Below, piece by piece: positions 1-12,848 of a DNA stretch of 64,000 nt. Source of the DNA: the human T2T-CHM13v2.0 reference genome, Homo sapiens. The stretch lies in NCBI RefSeq assembly GCF_009914755.1, contig NC_060928.1, one strand, 5' to 3'. The notes under the pieces were generated by a model. The model had not been told where the DNA came from and searched no databases. It worked only from the letters and a program-made list of their open reading frames with translations. The first letter of the stretch is position 1. Each line of letters begins with the position of its first letter. The translations under genes were made by a program, and so were the position numbers.

Positions 1-716
1 TGTTACCAGGAAGTGCACAAATCTTGGTTCTTGTCTAACTTGGGAGAAAGAATTCAGCCAAGAGACAATTTAGCCAAAGAGGAGAATTTATCGAAGGAAA
101 ATAGCAGAGAGTTGATTTAGAGAGACAGGACACTGAAAGACGAGGCAGAGTGGGCTGCTGAAAGAGAATGAGCCAGTAGCAGCCCTGAGAGATCGGCATT
201 CAGTTTTTACAACATCGGATTTTTCTTGAAGTTTCCACCCCTGTCTTAAGTCTCATCTTTTTTCTTTGTCTAGTTTTCTTGCTGCTGCCTTGTCTCCACC
301 TCTCCCCACCTAGTTCCCATCCCAGGTTTGTGGGATTCCCCCTTACTGTCAGCTGATGCACCTGCATAGGCCCAGATAGGAATTCTACCTAGTGGTGGTG
401 TTGCTCATTACTGCCACCCCAGGAAAGCCTCATAGCAGTTAAATCTGCACTTACTGTGCCTTTGTATATCTTAGGAGTTTCTCCTTTGACCTCTTCCCCT
501 CCTTATCAGCATTTAGGTAGCTACATTCTGACAAGTTAACTGCAGAGTGAGCAATTACTGGGCGTCTTAAGGGGTGTTTCATTCTGCAGATATTTCCCCT
601 CTTGTCTGGTCATCCACAGCATGCAGGTTTCTGGTTTCTGGTGTCAGGTTTTCCAGACTTGCCTTTTTTCATGCCCCCCGTGTCCCACTCATGTCTAACT
701 GTCTGCCTACTCTAAC
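1..716 (-). mobile_element. Solo ERV1 (MER4-group, MER50-like) LTR
   Basis: On the minus strand it begins ..GTTAGAGTAGGCAGACAGTTAGACATGAG and ends ..GGTAACA at position 1. These resemble recalled MER50-type termini, and the ~715 bp length fits a solo LTR. Subfamily uncertain. Confidence 0.65.
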
Positions 717-882
717 CATAATACCTAATACATTGTCAGTGCTATATAAACAGTTGTTATACAGCCTTTTATTATTTTTATTGTTGTGTTATTTTTATTG
801 TTGTTTTTATTTTTTAATATTTGCAATCTGGGGTTGGTTGAATCTGAGGATGCAAAACCCATGGACACTGAGGGATGGTTGA
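717..882 (+). mobile_element. MER2 (TcMar-Tigger) 3' half
   Basis: TATAATACCTAATACA..GCTATATAAACAGTTGTTATAC..GGTTGGTTGAATCTGAGGATGCAAAACCCATGGACACTGAGGG matches the recalled MER2 right end and TIR. It stops abruptly at the LTR. Confidence 0.75.
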
Positions 883-906
883 ATTTCTTGATATAACATA
901 AATCTC

Positions 907-1216
<310 letters not shown>

Positions 1217-1539
1217 TTAATCTTAACTACAGTGTCTAGAAAACCAGAAGATACTACACAGAGACCATAAGGAACGAAATGAACAAGTATGAGGCTTCAC
1301 TGTGGGTCATGAAGGAATTGGCAAGATGATTCAATATCTAAGCAAGTTGACCCTATGAAGATGTGAAGAGCTCTTCTACTGATTGCTGAAAGATCTGTTT
1401 GAGTTACTAGGTTCCTCTTGGCCTCTGGTTCTACTAGAGGGAAACATCTGCAAGGTTCACATATTCTTTCTTATTAATAAGTGTGGCACATAATTCTTCA
1501 GTTATCATTTTTTACCTTAATGCAATATGTCTAATCATT

Positions 1540-2000
1540 TTGCCTTCATTCTGCCAATCTATTCCATACTATCATTCTTGCCATTGCTAAAGTAACACTT
1601 CCAAACATTTTTTTCACTTGCTCAACAACTTCCAATATTTTTATGTCCAGAGTTCTTACCATGGCATTCAGTGCATCTCCTCCTTAGCCTGCCTTTGCAA
1701 ACTTACCTCCTAATCCATTGCATGACCCTCTCTTCCAGTAAGCATGCTGTACTCACTGATGCTAAAATGTAGCTTGCTCATTTCAGCCTGTCGTCCATGA
1801 ATCTTACTGTGCAGTCTCTAAATCTATCTCCCACTTCTGAACCCCTATTTTAGATGGTGCGTGAATACTAATTTTTCATTGAACTACATTTTCTGATATC
1901 TGAAGATGTTTCCTATATTCCTCTGGTTAGATAACAATCTTCCTTGGGGTGGAGTTTTATTTTATGTAGCCTCTAGTGTGGTACTAATCCTATCATAGCA
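1540..2000 (+). mobile_element. Degenerate L2 fragment
   Basis: Pyrimidine-rich L2-like phrases (CACTTGCTCAACAACTTCCAAT, TTCTTACCATGGCATTCA). Boundaries approximate. Confidence 0.4.
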
Positions 2001-4957
2001 CTCAACATTTGCTGACTTACTCTAGTTTGGATTTTACCTTTAGTTTATATTAAAACTATAAACTGTTAAACTATGTTGCTTTATGCCATGTGACAACACA
2101 ACAATTGATGCTATATAATAACAAAATAAATAAATAAAGTAACCACAACAAAACGTTTTGGCCAGAAGTAAGGAAACTAGATTCTAATCCCAGTACTGGG
2201 TCCAAACAACCTGCATATTATTAGAATATGGGTGTTCCTTATATGCAAGCAGCTCATTTCAGGATCTGAGAACTACTAAACTCCACATCTAATTTATCTA
2301 ATGCTCAGCATTACCCTAAGTATAAACCACACAAATGTGGAAAAGATACTTTGCAAAACTAAAAATACCTGATTATAATATAGTATAATTAATACAACTA
2401 ACTGAGTAATTCTTCAAAACAGGGAATTTATTTATTTGTAGATATAAATCAAGATAACTTCATGCATATTATAACAATTATACATTGCAATCCTGACATA
2501 ATCTATTTTTCTTGTTATCCAAAGGGAAAACTTAGTTCCTTAAAATTTATTCAGATCTCACCTCTGTGTATTATTTGAGAAGGTAGGAAATGTCGGACAG
2601 ATTGAGATCTGTGGTACAGTCACTGAGTCAATACAGAATATTGTCTTTGATGGTGGTACAAAGGAAAATTTTATAGGAGAGTACGGTTGCTCATGTGGAT
2701 GTCAACCTTCAAAACTCAGAAAAGTTTGTTCCTCTTCCAAAGCCATTGGGATCTCAGCGGCAGACTGACACTTTCCTGGTGTTGAAGAACAGCAAAGGAA
2801 GATTGTGTAATATCATATATGTTCTCAATATGCCCTATTTCAGTCTGCAGTTGTGGCCCCTCTCATAAAACAAACACCTGTGGAAGCTGAAACTACGGAA
2901 GTTTTACTGCCAAATGGTCGTTTAACTAAACAAGAACAACTTTGTTCAGAGAACGGGATAGAACAAAAATGAAGTTCCTATGCAATCAGTTCAGAAGCTT
3001 TTAGAGAATGACACTTTGAAATAACTTTCTCAAATACAAAATTTCCAGAAAGGTTTTAGTAAATAATTTTATAATAGCATTTTAAACAGATCATTTATGC
3101 AGATGTAAATGTACATTCAAGGGGATATTGGCCTTTATAATTAGATTTAGCCCCAGAAACACTACAGCCTCGTCAACATTCTTACAGTTCAACCATAGAC
3201 TAATTAATAGATATTTATTTGTTTTGACACGTTGGGGACTTTTTCAATTCATTTAGGCAACAAAATGCACATTCTTAATTTCTTTCTCTCTTTTTCAGGA
3301 GAAACCAAAGATAATAAAAGTGCTATTTCGTTAGCCTCTACTCTTTATAATGCCACCTCTATAAACAACATCCTTATTAGTAAAATATGATACAAGTGCC
3401 CTTAGGGTAGAATCAATGAATATTTATTTAGGAACTGGCTTTTGGCCAATTTTTCTGTACCCTAAAGGCATAAATATTATATACCAGGGAAGTTCAATTC
3501 CCATGTACTTATGATTTTTTTCTCTGCACATTTGTAAAAGGCAGAAGTATCTGCATGACACTTTCTAAAACTCACTTGTCAAAAGGTTCACCTGTGGTTG
3601 GGAGCTAAAATCGGCATTTCTGGTTCATCATAAAATGTTAAATAAGTATAAATTCTGGTTAACTATCTTAAGTTAAATAGCTAAAACACACAGGAGAGAG
3701 TTCTCATTATCTTAGTCTTCTAAATTTTGAGCCAGTGGCTTTAAGAAATAGTAGGGGGAAAGTGGTTAAAACGAAAACATGTATCCCTGAAGTCAGTCTT
3801 TGAGACAGAGTGTTGAAAGCTGGCAAGCAATTTTTTCAGAACATTCTCTGTGTTGTCATTATGTTTTCTTGTGGAGAATGTGTTTGCCACACCTCTCAGC
3901 AGAATCACTGTAATTCAATGAACAGGTAAGTTGAATTATGGATGTTGAAGCCACATCTTGCTAAAGGGAACCACAGTCCTAACAACTTGAACAAAATGCT
4001 AGGGCTGCTCAATAGAATAGAATTCCCATGTTACCCTTTTTTTTATGACTCTCCACTGTACTGGGATGTAGGCAGGAATCACGTCTCTAGATCACTTGAA
4101 AGTAATGAGGGACAGCTTGAGAAATATTAAATTTTTATCACTTTCAATTCTCTGCTACTACTTTTAACAATTAATTTGTATTTGTGTGTAATACTGATTC
4201 CTCTTTATGCCCTTAATGTTTTTATTAAAACATAATGTGCTCATAAACACAGAGACTAAATCTTTTTGCTTTTACTAATTTAATTTTTAACAAATGTTGT
4301 GCATAAATAGGAACTTCTTAAACCCTCGTGATTGTTATTAAACTTGTCAGCATTAATTGAATGTACTCTTTCTTCCTTTGAACTTGAAAACACATTCAAA
4401 CTGTCTTTCATGATACTTAGCGCAGTCTGCTTGGTATTACAGTTATTTGGGAATAGCCTTTCCTACAGTATAACACCAACTATCTAAGTTCTGCACCAAC
4501 TACCTGGCTCGTTTTTGTCAAATACACAGTCAGTACTGATTGAATGATAAGTAATTGTTGCCAAACAGAATTCACTACCAACCTAAACCATGGACTTACA
4601 CATTCTGTAATACCTCCTTAAACTAACTCTAGCTCTGCAGCATAGATAAACATTCCTAGAAAAGCTGAATATGGAGATGTGAATAAAGCATGTGCAGTAA
4701 ATACCAATGTTGGGAAAAAAATTCTGTGTTTCAGAAAATCAAACTACCTGTAGCTACTTGGGGAATGATGAAGAAATAGAGAAGTCTTTGTGGGGTTTCA
4801 GGAGCCATTTGATTCAAGTAAGTCGGTGAGTAGCCTGCCCGACCGGAGGAAGCCAGACTGACCCATAATGACTCCAACCATCCAACAAGTGTGGATTGAC
4901 CGCCTACTGTGTTCAGTGTGACATGGAGGGGAGATGAATTTTTAAGATGAGAGAGGA

Positions 4958-5475
<518 letters not shown>

Positions 5476-7383
5476 CTATAAAAATGTGAGATATAATCAT
5501 TATGCGGCTCACTAGAAAGAAGTTACAATTTTCTGGCTAGCCCTTTTGAAATGATGTATGAGTTAGCCGTAGGAGATAGAAGGTATAGATCCAACCACCA
5601 GTTGGATAATGGCCGGTTAAACTGATCTGAGATACCAAAAGGAGCAGGAATCAGAGGTTGTTAGTAAGAATTTACATTTTCTTCTTATTAGGACTTCAAG
5701 AGTTCCTACTGTACACATTGGTGAACAACAGGAGTTCATATATAGGTCATAATACTAATGACTTATTTACAAAGAATATTCCCACAGTCATTGTTATAAA
5801 TGGGAGAAAGAATTTTCAGCCTATCCACAAGGCAGGTTAACACTGTCATATAAATCATAGTATCTGTATGTGTATCAATTGTAGTCGCCAAGCTTTCTTG
5901 GAACTCTATTAGTAAAATGTTTTAAGAATACATGTTCCATATATTATAAATCCTTTGCAGGTATTGTATCCTAATATATTGTGTGCATTATAACACATTT
6001 GTAAAAATAGAAAGTCAAAAAGATAGGACTGAAAAATAAATAAACACAGATTAAAGTTCTACCTTTTTTAAAAAAAACTGTACTCCAGGGATTATCTTCT
6101 GCACCCAAAGTTTTGTTTACACTTCACTTTGACGACTTGATTCACAATGCACCATAGCACAAAACCATCATTTGTCACAATAAGGATATTTCCATTAGAA
6201 AACCTATATTCATTTCTTGCTGAGGATGCCCAAAATATATTTCTTTCTGCAGCATTCCTGACAAGCACTCTCCTCCAGACATTCCTACAGCTTGGTGAGC
6301 ATATGGAAACTACTCCAACTTTTAGTCAATTTTGTGGTTACAGGCAAGCCCTCCAGCAAGATGGGGCTTGGGGGCAAAAAAAAAAAAAAAAAAAATGAAG
6401 AGTAAGAAGTTAATGAAATGCTTAAGTCATAGCAGGAGACTTAAAAATTTCACTTGTTTTCATTTGCTTGTCCTTCATCTTGTATGACACCCTTAGTCTG
6501 TGTATGTAAACACCATACGTAGGCAACTTACCAATATATTATGGATTTACATCACTAAAGAATGGCATTTGCACAATACAGTATTTAACTTATTCTTATT
6601 TAGATTTTGCATGGTAGAAACTTAGGTCCTTAATTTTTTATTACCCCTCTTTATGAAAGAAGCTTATCAAAACTCTCTTACTATACATTTAGTGCAATTT
6701 ACACTACTTCCCAGTATTTTGTATGGTTGATACTGCACTTTGACTTCTAAATCATAGCTCCTAGAGTATACCTCACTTGTATGTATAATTATAATACATC
6801 AATGTTTTTGATATACTAGTGATTCAAAGCATGTGTTTAAGTGGCATATTTCTCACTGATTATACACACCCATTCTATTCAAATAGTGTAAGACACAGAG
6901 CGTTGTTTGTTAGTGTAATTTAAAAATTAGAACTTTATTCAGAAGTTGGAGACATCGGAGTAGGTAATACCCAGGAACTGACAACTAATTAGTCCTCTTC
7001 ATGTCGAACTGGAAGCTAGAGTAAGTGTCAAAAATAGGTACTATGAGAGTTTGCAAACAATGCCTGGGAGAGACAGGTATATATATTTAGTCTAAGATCC
7101 CATAAACTGGGCATATTGACAGCCAATATGGGGGAACCCTCTATTCCAAGCTACTAGTATCAGGGTCAGGAAACAGAATGTGTCCATTTCTTTATGGGTC
7201 AAGTTAGATTCCTGAGGTTAACTGGGGCAGTGAGACAGAATACCCTGGCACATCCTTGCTATGGTTGAGAAGAAAAGATCAAGCCACCTCCACCAAACTT
7301 TTCTAGGGTCATTCCTATATTGTAGGTAATGACCATTCCTAATCTTTAAATTATTAGTAGGGTTAAAGCTGCTCCAGATTAGA

Positions 7384-7559
7384 AATTCCCATGCTTTTTG
7401 AGAGTAACCAATTCCCAATAAGCTTGCAGGGTTCTCTACCAGAACTGAGACCTCCTGCAGTCCAGAAAGAGGAGGTGTGGACATATAGCAGGGATGCTTG
7501 TTCAGGGCCTGCACCCTCCCTTCTCAGGGCATTTCGTTGCTCTCAAATTGGACCCATGC
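7384..7559. repeat. 176-bp direct repeat, copy 1 (probable donor)
   Basis: Aligns without gaps to 10140-10315 with 5 mismatches (offset 2756). Confidence 0.97.
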
Positions 7560-9885
7560 CATGTGTTTTTTTTATCACCTGTTTTTAACTTTTTGTTTGT
7601 TTGTTTGTTTAGTACCTTATGACTACGTAAAAATGAAAATACACAAATACACTAAGAGCCTCCTAATGGACGGTTCAAGAATTGCATCAGGAAATTGCCT
7701 CACCAGGTTCCTGGGCTATCTTGCTCCATAAAGCAAAGACCACAATAGTCCCATCTTGGGCTCCACATTGTTATAACTTCTGACACAGTCCCTTCAATGC
7801 ATACTCTACTTGGAAAAAAAAAGAACTATATTATTGCTCCTGTTTCTTTGAGCATCCTTCTGCTTGAAGTTTAAATGTAGCTCAGAAAACTATCATTTTC
7901 AGACCTTACCTCTATCCATCTCATGACTTTACTGCTAGATCCAAATGAATCAATAGTAACCATCAAACTATCCCATGCATCAAACAAGTAACCCTAGAAT
8001 CACAAAATATAGCGGGAATAAATGACAGGCAATGCATGTTTTATAGCCCATCATTTAATGCCTTAACTACAGTATGCACTCATTTAAAGATATTACTTTG
8101 CTCTAGCAAACAATAAAAGCAACTGAGTATTTATTTGATTGTTGCCAAATGCAGTGATCCCATCAGAATGATTTAAGGAGACACAATTGCAGCCCGTCAC
8201 TGACAGGGCTTGTTTTTTACACACCAGAGAGAAGTGGTCAGTATCGTTGCAGAGAAGCATCATTACACATGACTGACTAGCTGGGAAAATAAAAACAAAT
8301 GGGGAGGGAGTGACCAAACAATCATGCAAGGGTAAGTGGCAGATTTGGAGTCTATCACGTTTGCTTTGGGGAGCTAAGGGGGAGCTCTACTCCAAGAATT
8401 CGTAAATAAAGAAAAGATTTCCCTGTCACTTACTTAATAATTATTGCTGGTGTTATTTATTGCTATTTACAAGAAACATCAATGCAAAAAATGCTGAGCA
8501 GAGGTTTTGTCTGCATAAATCATAGCCACATTGTCTCTAAACCATGTCCTAAACAAACACTTGAATAATATCTTTTTGTGTGTCGAGAAGATAGGATGTT
8601 TTGGTCAGGATTAGAGATCTGGGGCAGAGTTTTAGCGTTCTCAGCAACGAAGGCTGCCATACCTGGCTGTGGCTGAGGGGAGTAGTGCGTTTGTTATCCC
8701 CCCACCCCCTAGATTAGACAGGTTTATTCGCTGAGTCATTATTGTCTCCATTTATTTCAATAAACACACACTGAACCCATTCTAGGTGCCAAGTATATTT
8801 GTAAGCCACAATTTCCTGCCCTCAGAAAGTTCATATGCAGTTGTCTCCACAGCCTTCAGGCTCCTATTTGCACCGTGAGAAACCTTGTCCAGCCTGGAAG
8901 GGTCACAGTGCCTGCTACCATTCCCCCATCATCTTCTCTCTCTTTGTACAAAGTCGTCTCCGAGACTGAACATTGAATATGCCTGCTAACAAAGTCTAAA
9001 TCATAGAAACAATGAATAATTATTAATTTACAGAATATTGATTTGGGCTTTGGTAGCACTTGAGTTGGAGAAAAGATTATCTGTCTTTAGATTTTTTTTT
9101 TTTTTTACTTACAGAAAAAAAATGCATGTCAAGTACTATAAACTACTGTGAGCTCTGTAAGCAAAAATACAAGATTAAGTTGATACAAGAATGCCCTATG
9201 TTATTTGGCCAGCATAATTAATTTAATTATTTTCTAATAACACTGATATGTTACCAAAGTAAAGTAAAGAGATTAAACCCACTTGTTCTCCTGCTGGCAC
9301 CTTAAATGCATCTCTATGGTGACAGATCTCTGATGGTGGCACCAGGAGATAAAGCCAATTAAGATAAATAATGAGAGATCATTGCGCACAGATCACTCTG
9401 AGCATAAACTTTTTAAGAATTTATTGGTATCATTGGGTTGCAAATAAGTCACTTGAAAGTATTTGCTAAAAATCTGAAACTCGGAATGGTTTGAAACATA
9501 AGCCTATTAGATTTATTTAAAGCCTCAAGATTCTACTGTAAATAGCACCCTATTCAAACCTACGTTTTAGAAATATTGTGACTTTGACAAGAAGTTTTTT
9601 GTCCTTAGTCATATACTTTTTTAATGACATCTAAATTGTCATAAAATTATCTTCTAAAATGGCCAGGATTTTTCCTAGATTATAAAACTATTTTAAAAAT
9701 TTCTTACGTCATTATTGAATTATTATATACGTATAGGTTTATTTATTTCTGTTTAAATATTTTATTATACACTCACTTGTTCCTTAAAAATATACCTTTT
9801 CTTTATTTCTACTAATGATGTGTCAAGCTATATTAGAAATTTTGGGGAAATTTTTTATATTTCATTTTGCTTTCAAGGCTCACCT

Positions 9886-10054
9886 ATTTTTTTTATTTTA
9901 TTATTATTATACTTTCAGTTTTAGGGTACATGTGCACACAGTGCAGGTTAGTTACATATGTATACATATGCCATGCTGGTGTGCTGCACCCATTAACTCG
10001 TCATTTAGCATTAGGTATATCTCCTAATGCTATCCCTCCCCCCTCCCCCCACCC
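9886..10054 (-). mobile_element. 5'-truncated L1PA (L1PA3-like) 3' end
   Basis: Poly-T/(TTA)n tail, then TTTTAGGGTACATGTGCACA..GTGCTGCACCCATTAACTCGTCATTTAGCATTAGGTATATCTCCTAATGCTATCCCTCCCCCC, the L1PA 3' UTR in antisense. Confidence 0.95.
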
Positions 10055-10139
10055 GATTCAGTTAACATGTATGTATAACACCCTATTTTTATATTAAGCT
10101 TAAGAGCAGAAGAGCAAAAATATCTCCCATTTAGGTAGG

Positions 10140-10315
10140 AATTCTCATGCTTTTTGAGAGTAAGCAATTCCCAATAAGCTTTCAGGGTTCTCTACCAGAA
10201 CTGAGACCTCCTGCAGTCCAGAAAGAGGAGGTGTGGACATACAGCAGGGATGCTTGTTCAGGGCCTGCACCCTCCCTTCTCAGGGCATTTTGTTGCTCTC
10301 AAATTGGACCCATGC
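10140..10315. repeat. 176-bp direct repeat, copy 2 (inserted copy)
   Basis: About 97% identical to 7384-7559. Bracketed by ATTTAGGTAGGA at 10129-10140 and 10318-10329. Confidence 0.97.
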
Positions 10316-10729
10316 TAATTTAGGTAGGAGTTTTACTTTACATGTAGGTATCAGTTTCCTGTTTGATACATTTTTGTCCTTTTCAATCTTTTATTCTTCA
10401 TTAATATACTTATAGATTCCAGGCTTCCTGAGAGCTCCTCAGATAATTAGTTAAAACATTCCTATTAGAAATTTGTTTCTTGCAGAAGTCTGCTTAAGTC
10501 CGTATCACTTGAGCCAACCAAAGAACATTGAAAGGTACCTTTGGGTGGAAAATGAAACTGTGATTTTTATCAGTAAAGGGATATAGAAAACAATATTACA
10601 TTGATCGTTCTCTAGATAATTCAGATAGAAAGGTTGGCTTTTTAAATATTAATAATGATTTTTAACAGCAAAGAGTTCAATTTACAATAGAGTAAACATT
10701 TAAAATGTACTTATACTAGAGAAATCAGT

Positions 10730-10950
10730 TGAGTGCTTTTCAGTGTGAAGCACTAAACTAAGTGACTTAAATATCACTTCATCCCACCCTCATAGAAGCT
10801 CTGAGCTAAGAACTATTGTTGTCCTCACTTAAAGGATGAGAACACTGAGGCTTAGTGAAGGTACAAAACTTGCTAAAACTTACAAGTAAATTACAGAATG
10901 CGGATTCTCACCAAGGCTGACTGAAATTAAAGTCTAGATTTTTAACCTGT
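10730..10950 (-). mobile_element. MIR
   Basis: Antisense MIR core: GGATGAGAACACTGAGGCTTAGTGAAGGTACAAAACTTGC. Confidence 0.7.
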
Positions 10951-11768
10951 ATACTAAAAACTGTCCATCAGTAAAACATTATTGTTTATATGACTTACAC
11001 ATTTTTCATGTACGGGAGTTAATTTTTTCATGTAGTGGAAAAAGTTCTGGATTGAAGTCTGCTTTTATTCTGCTAATTCCAGCTAACATCTTGGTTTCTC
11101 TTTCTTTATCTCTAAAATGAGGCTCCAGTAGCAGGTTCTCTAGGATTATTTCTCCCCGACAGATTCTGTGTAAAGGCATTTGGACTATGAGTCAGTAAGC
11201 TTGGCAGATATCTCAACAGAAACAGAATTTAGCAATCCAATGTAGAGGAAGTATTACATACATCTCAGGAAGAGAGGGAGGAAAGAAAAAATTCAGAAAT
11301 GAAAGGACTTATTAGGATGTCATGAACCAAAACACCCTGAACAAAGCTTCAGCTAAGAGTCCTAAATAAATAAAACAAAGATGTTAATGGAATATGATTC
11401 AAAATAAGTCTAAGAAATTATGCATGCTGTTAAAACTGCCTATTCAGTTTGTATTTTAATGTTTCAACTTTTCTGTCCTAAATTTGTGACTCACCTGGGA
11501 CTTTGTGTTTAACAAACACTCTTTATATTTTGTTTATGAGCAAAAATTTCTAAAGGCAAAATTTTATTACAGTGTAGGATTATTAGAAAGAAGAGATGAC
11601 ACAAGAGTTTATTTCCATCTATTTATTTATTTATTTGCATTTTCATCAGGAAAGGTATTGTAAGATTCAAAATAGTACACTATAAAACAACTAAAAATAA
11701 TAATGTAGAGAAAATTACTGTATTTTTTGGATGTATTTGTCCTCCTATCCTACCCAATTATATATTTA

Positions 11769-11800
11769 CACACATACACACATACACACGCACACACGCA
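11769..11800. repeat. Imperfect (CA)n microsatellite
   Basis: CACACATACACACATACACACGCACACACGCA. Confidence 0.85.
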
Positions 11801-12513
11801 TATCACTGAGCAACAAATCTTGCTTCTGTCTTTAAGTAGAAGATCTCAAGAAAATAATTTAACCTATTAACTTTGGTTTCATTTTCTATAATATTAAAAT
11901 GTTAAATTAGAAGGTCAGTATCATTTATTTGTTTGCTTTTTGGAAATACCAAAGTTTCTGCCATTTAAAAAAATACAGGAATATCATAAAGAGTGAAGAG
12001 TTTCTGGAGAAAGAAATATTAAATGGAAATAAAAAATAACAAAATAAAAGAGCTTGAGAGATAAGGCCCAGTTTGAAATGACCGGACTGTGTGTCTCCTG
12101 AATTGTTTCATGTCACAAAAGGCTTTTGACGTTGAGTTAATGTTCTGGCCCTACTTACACTTTTCTCCTCCTTAGATCACAGAGCTGGAGGAGGAATTAG
12201 TATAGCAGTCTTAGCTTAGACCGAAGGCGTATAATCCTAGAAGTCAAAATAAATTTCAACAGGGTTATTTCTAACTAGAATAATGGTCATGTGACTTAGA
12301 GGCCTCTGGCTTTGAAGACCTCACAAACATATGTGGAAAATGAAGCTATAAAGAGCTATGAAAGGTGACAAAAGAAAAAGTGAGATAAGCACATCCTATA
12401 ATTAAACATTTGCATCCAAGACCAAAGCATTCCTCTTTTTAAATCTTATTTTCAAAATTATAATTAGAGTATTTGCTTACAGATTTTCATATTTCAATAC
12501 AATCACAATAGTT

Positions 12514-12652
12514 TGTTTGTTTGTTTATTTTGTTTTGTTTTTGGAGATGGAGTCTTACTCCGTCACCAAGGCTGGAGTGCAGTGGCGCAACCTCAGCTCA
12601 CTGCAACCTCTGCCTCCTGGTATCAAGCGATTCTTGTGCCTCTGCCTCCCAA
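12514..12652 (-). mobile_element. 5'-truncated Alu (right-arm 3' part only)
   Basis: (TTTG)n tail plus ~110 bp of the right monomer; 13-bp TSD AATCACAATAGTT at 12501-12513 and 12656-12668. Confidence 0.92.
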
Positions 12653-12664
12653 TAAAATCACAAT

Positions 12665-12848
12665 AGTTATTCAACTTTAGTGAGCATTCGAATCATCTGG
12701 AAGGTTTGCTGAAACTCAGCTTGTTGCCCACCAACCCCAGGATTTCTGACTCAGAGGGTGTTGAAAAGGCCTGAGAAGGTGCATTCTAACAAGTTCCCAG
12801 GGATGATGATGATGTTGCCGTTCTAGGAACACATTTTGAGCAGCATTC
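12665..12848. mobile_element. MER5A (hAT-Charlie)
   Basis: GCATTCGAATCATCTGGAAGG..TTTCTGACTCAG..TGCATTCTAACAAGTTCCCAGGGATGATGATG..ACATTTTGAG. Confidence 0.8.

Noticed and set aside
2580-2972. Exon-like open frames (e.g. SAVVAPLIKQTPVEAETTEVLLPNGRLTKQEQLCSENGIEQK-stop)
   Set aside because: I recognise no protein match, the acceptor is weak, and frames this short occur by chance.
6950-7780. Possible old LTR element containing the donor of the 176-bp duplication
   Set aside because: The composition is suggestive, but I cannot assign a family or termini from the sequence alone.
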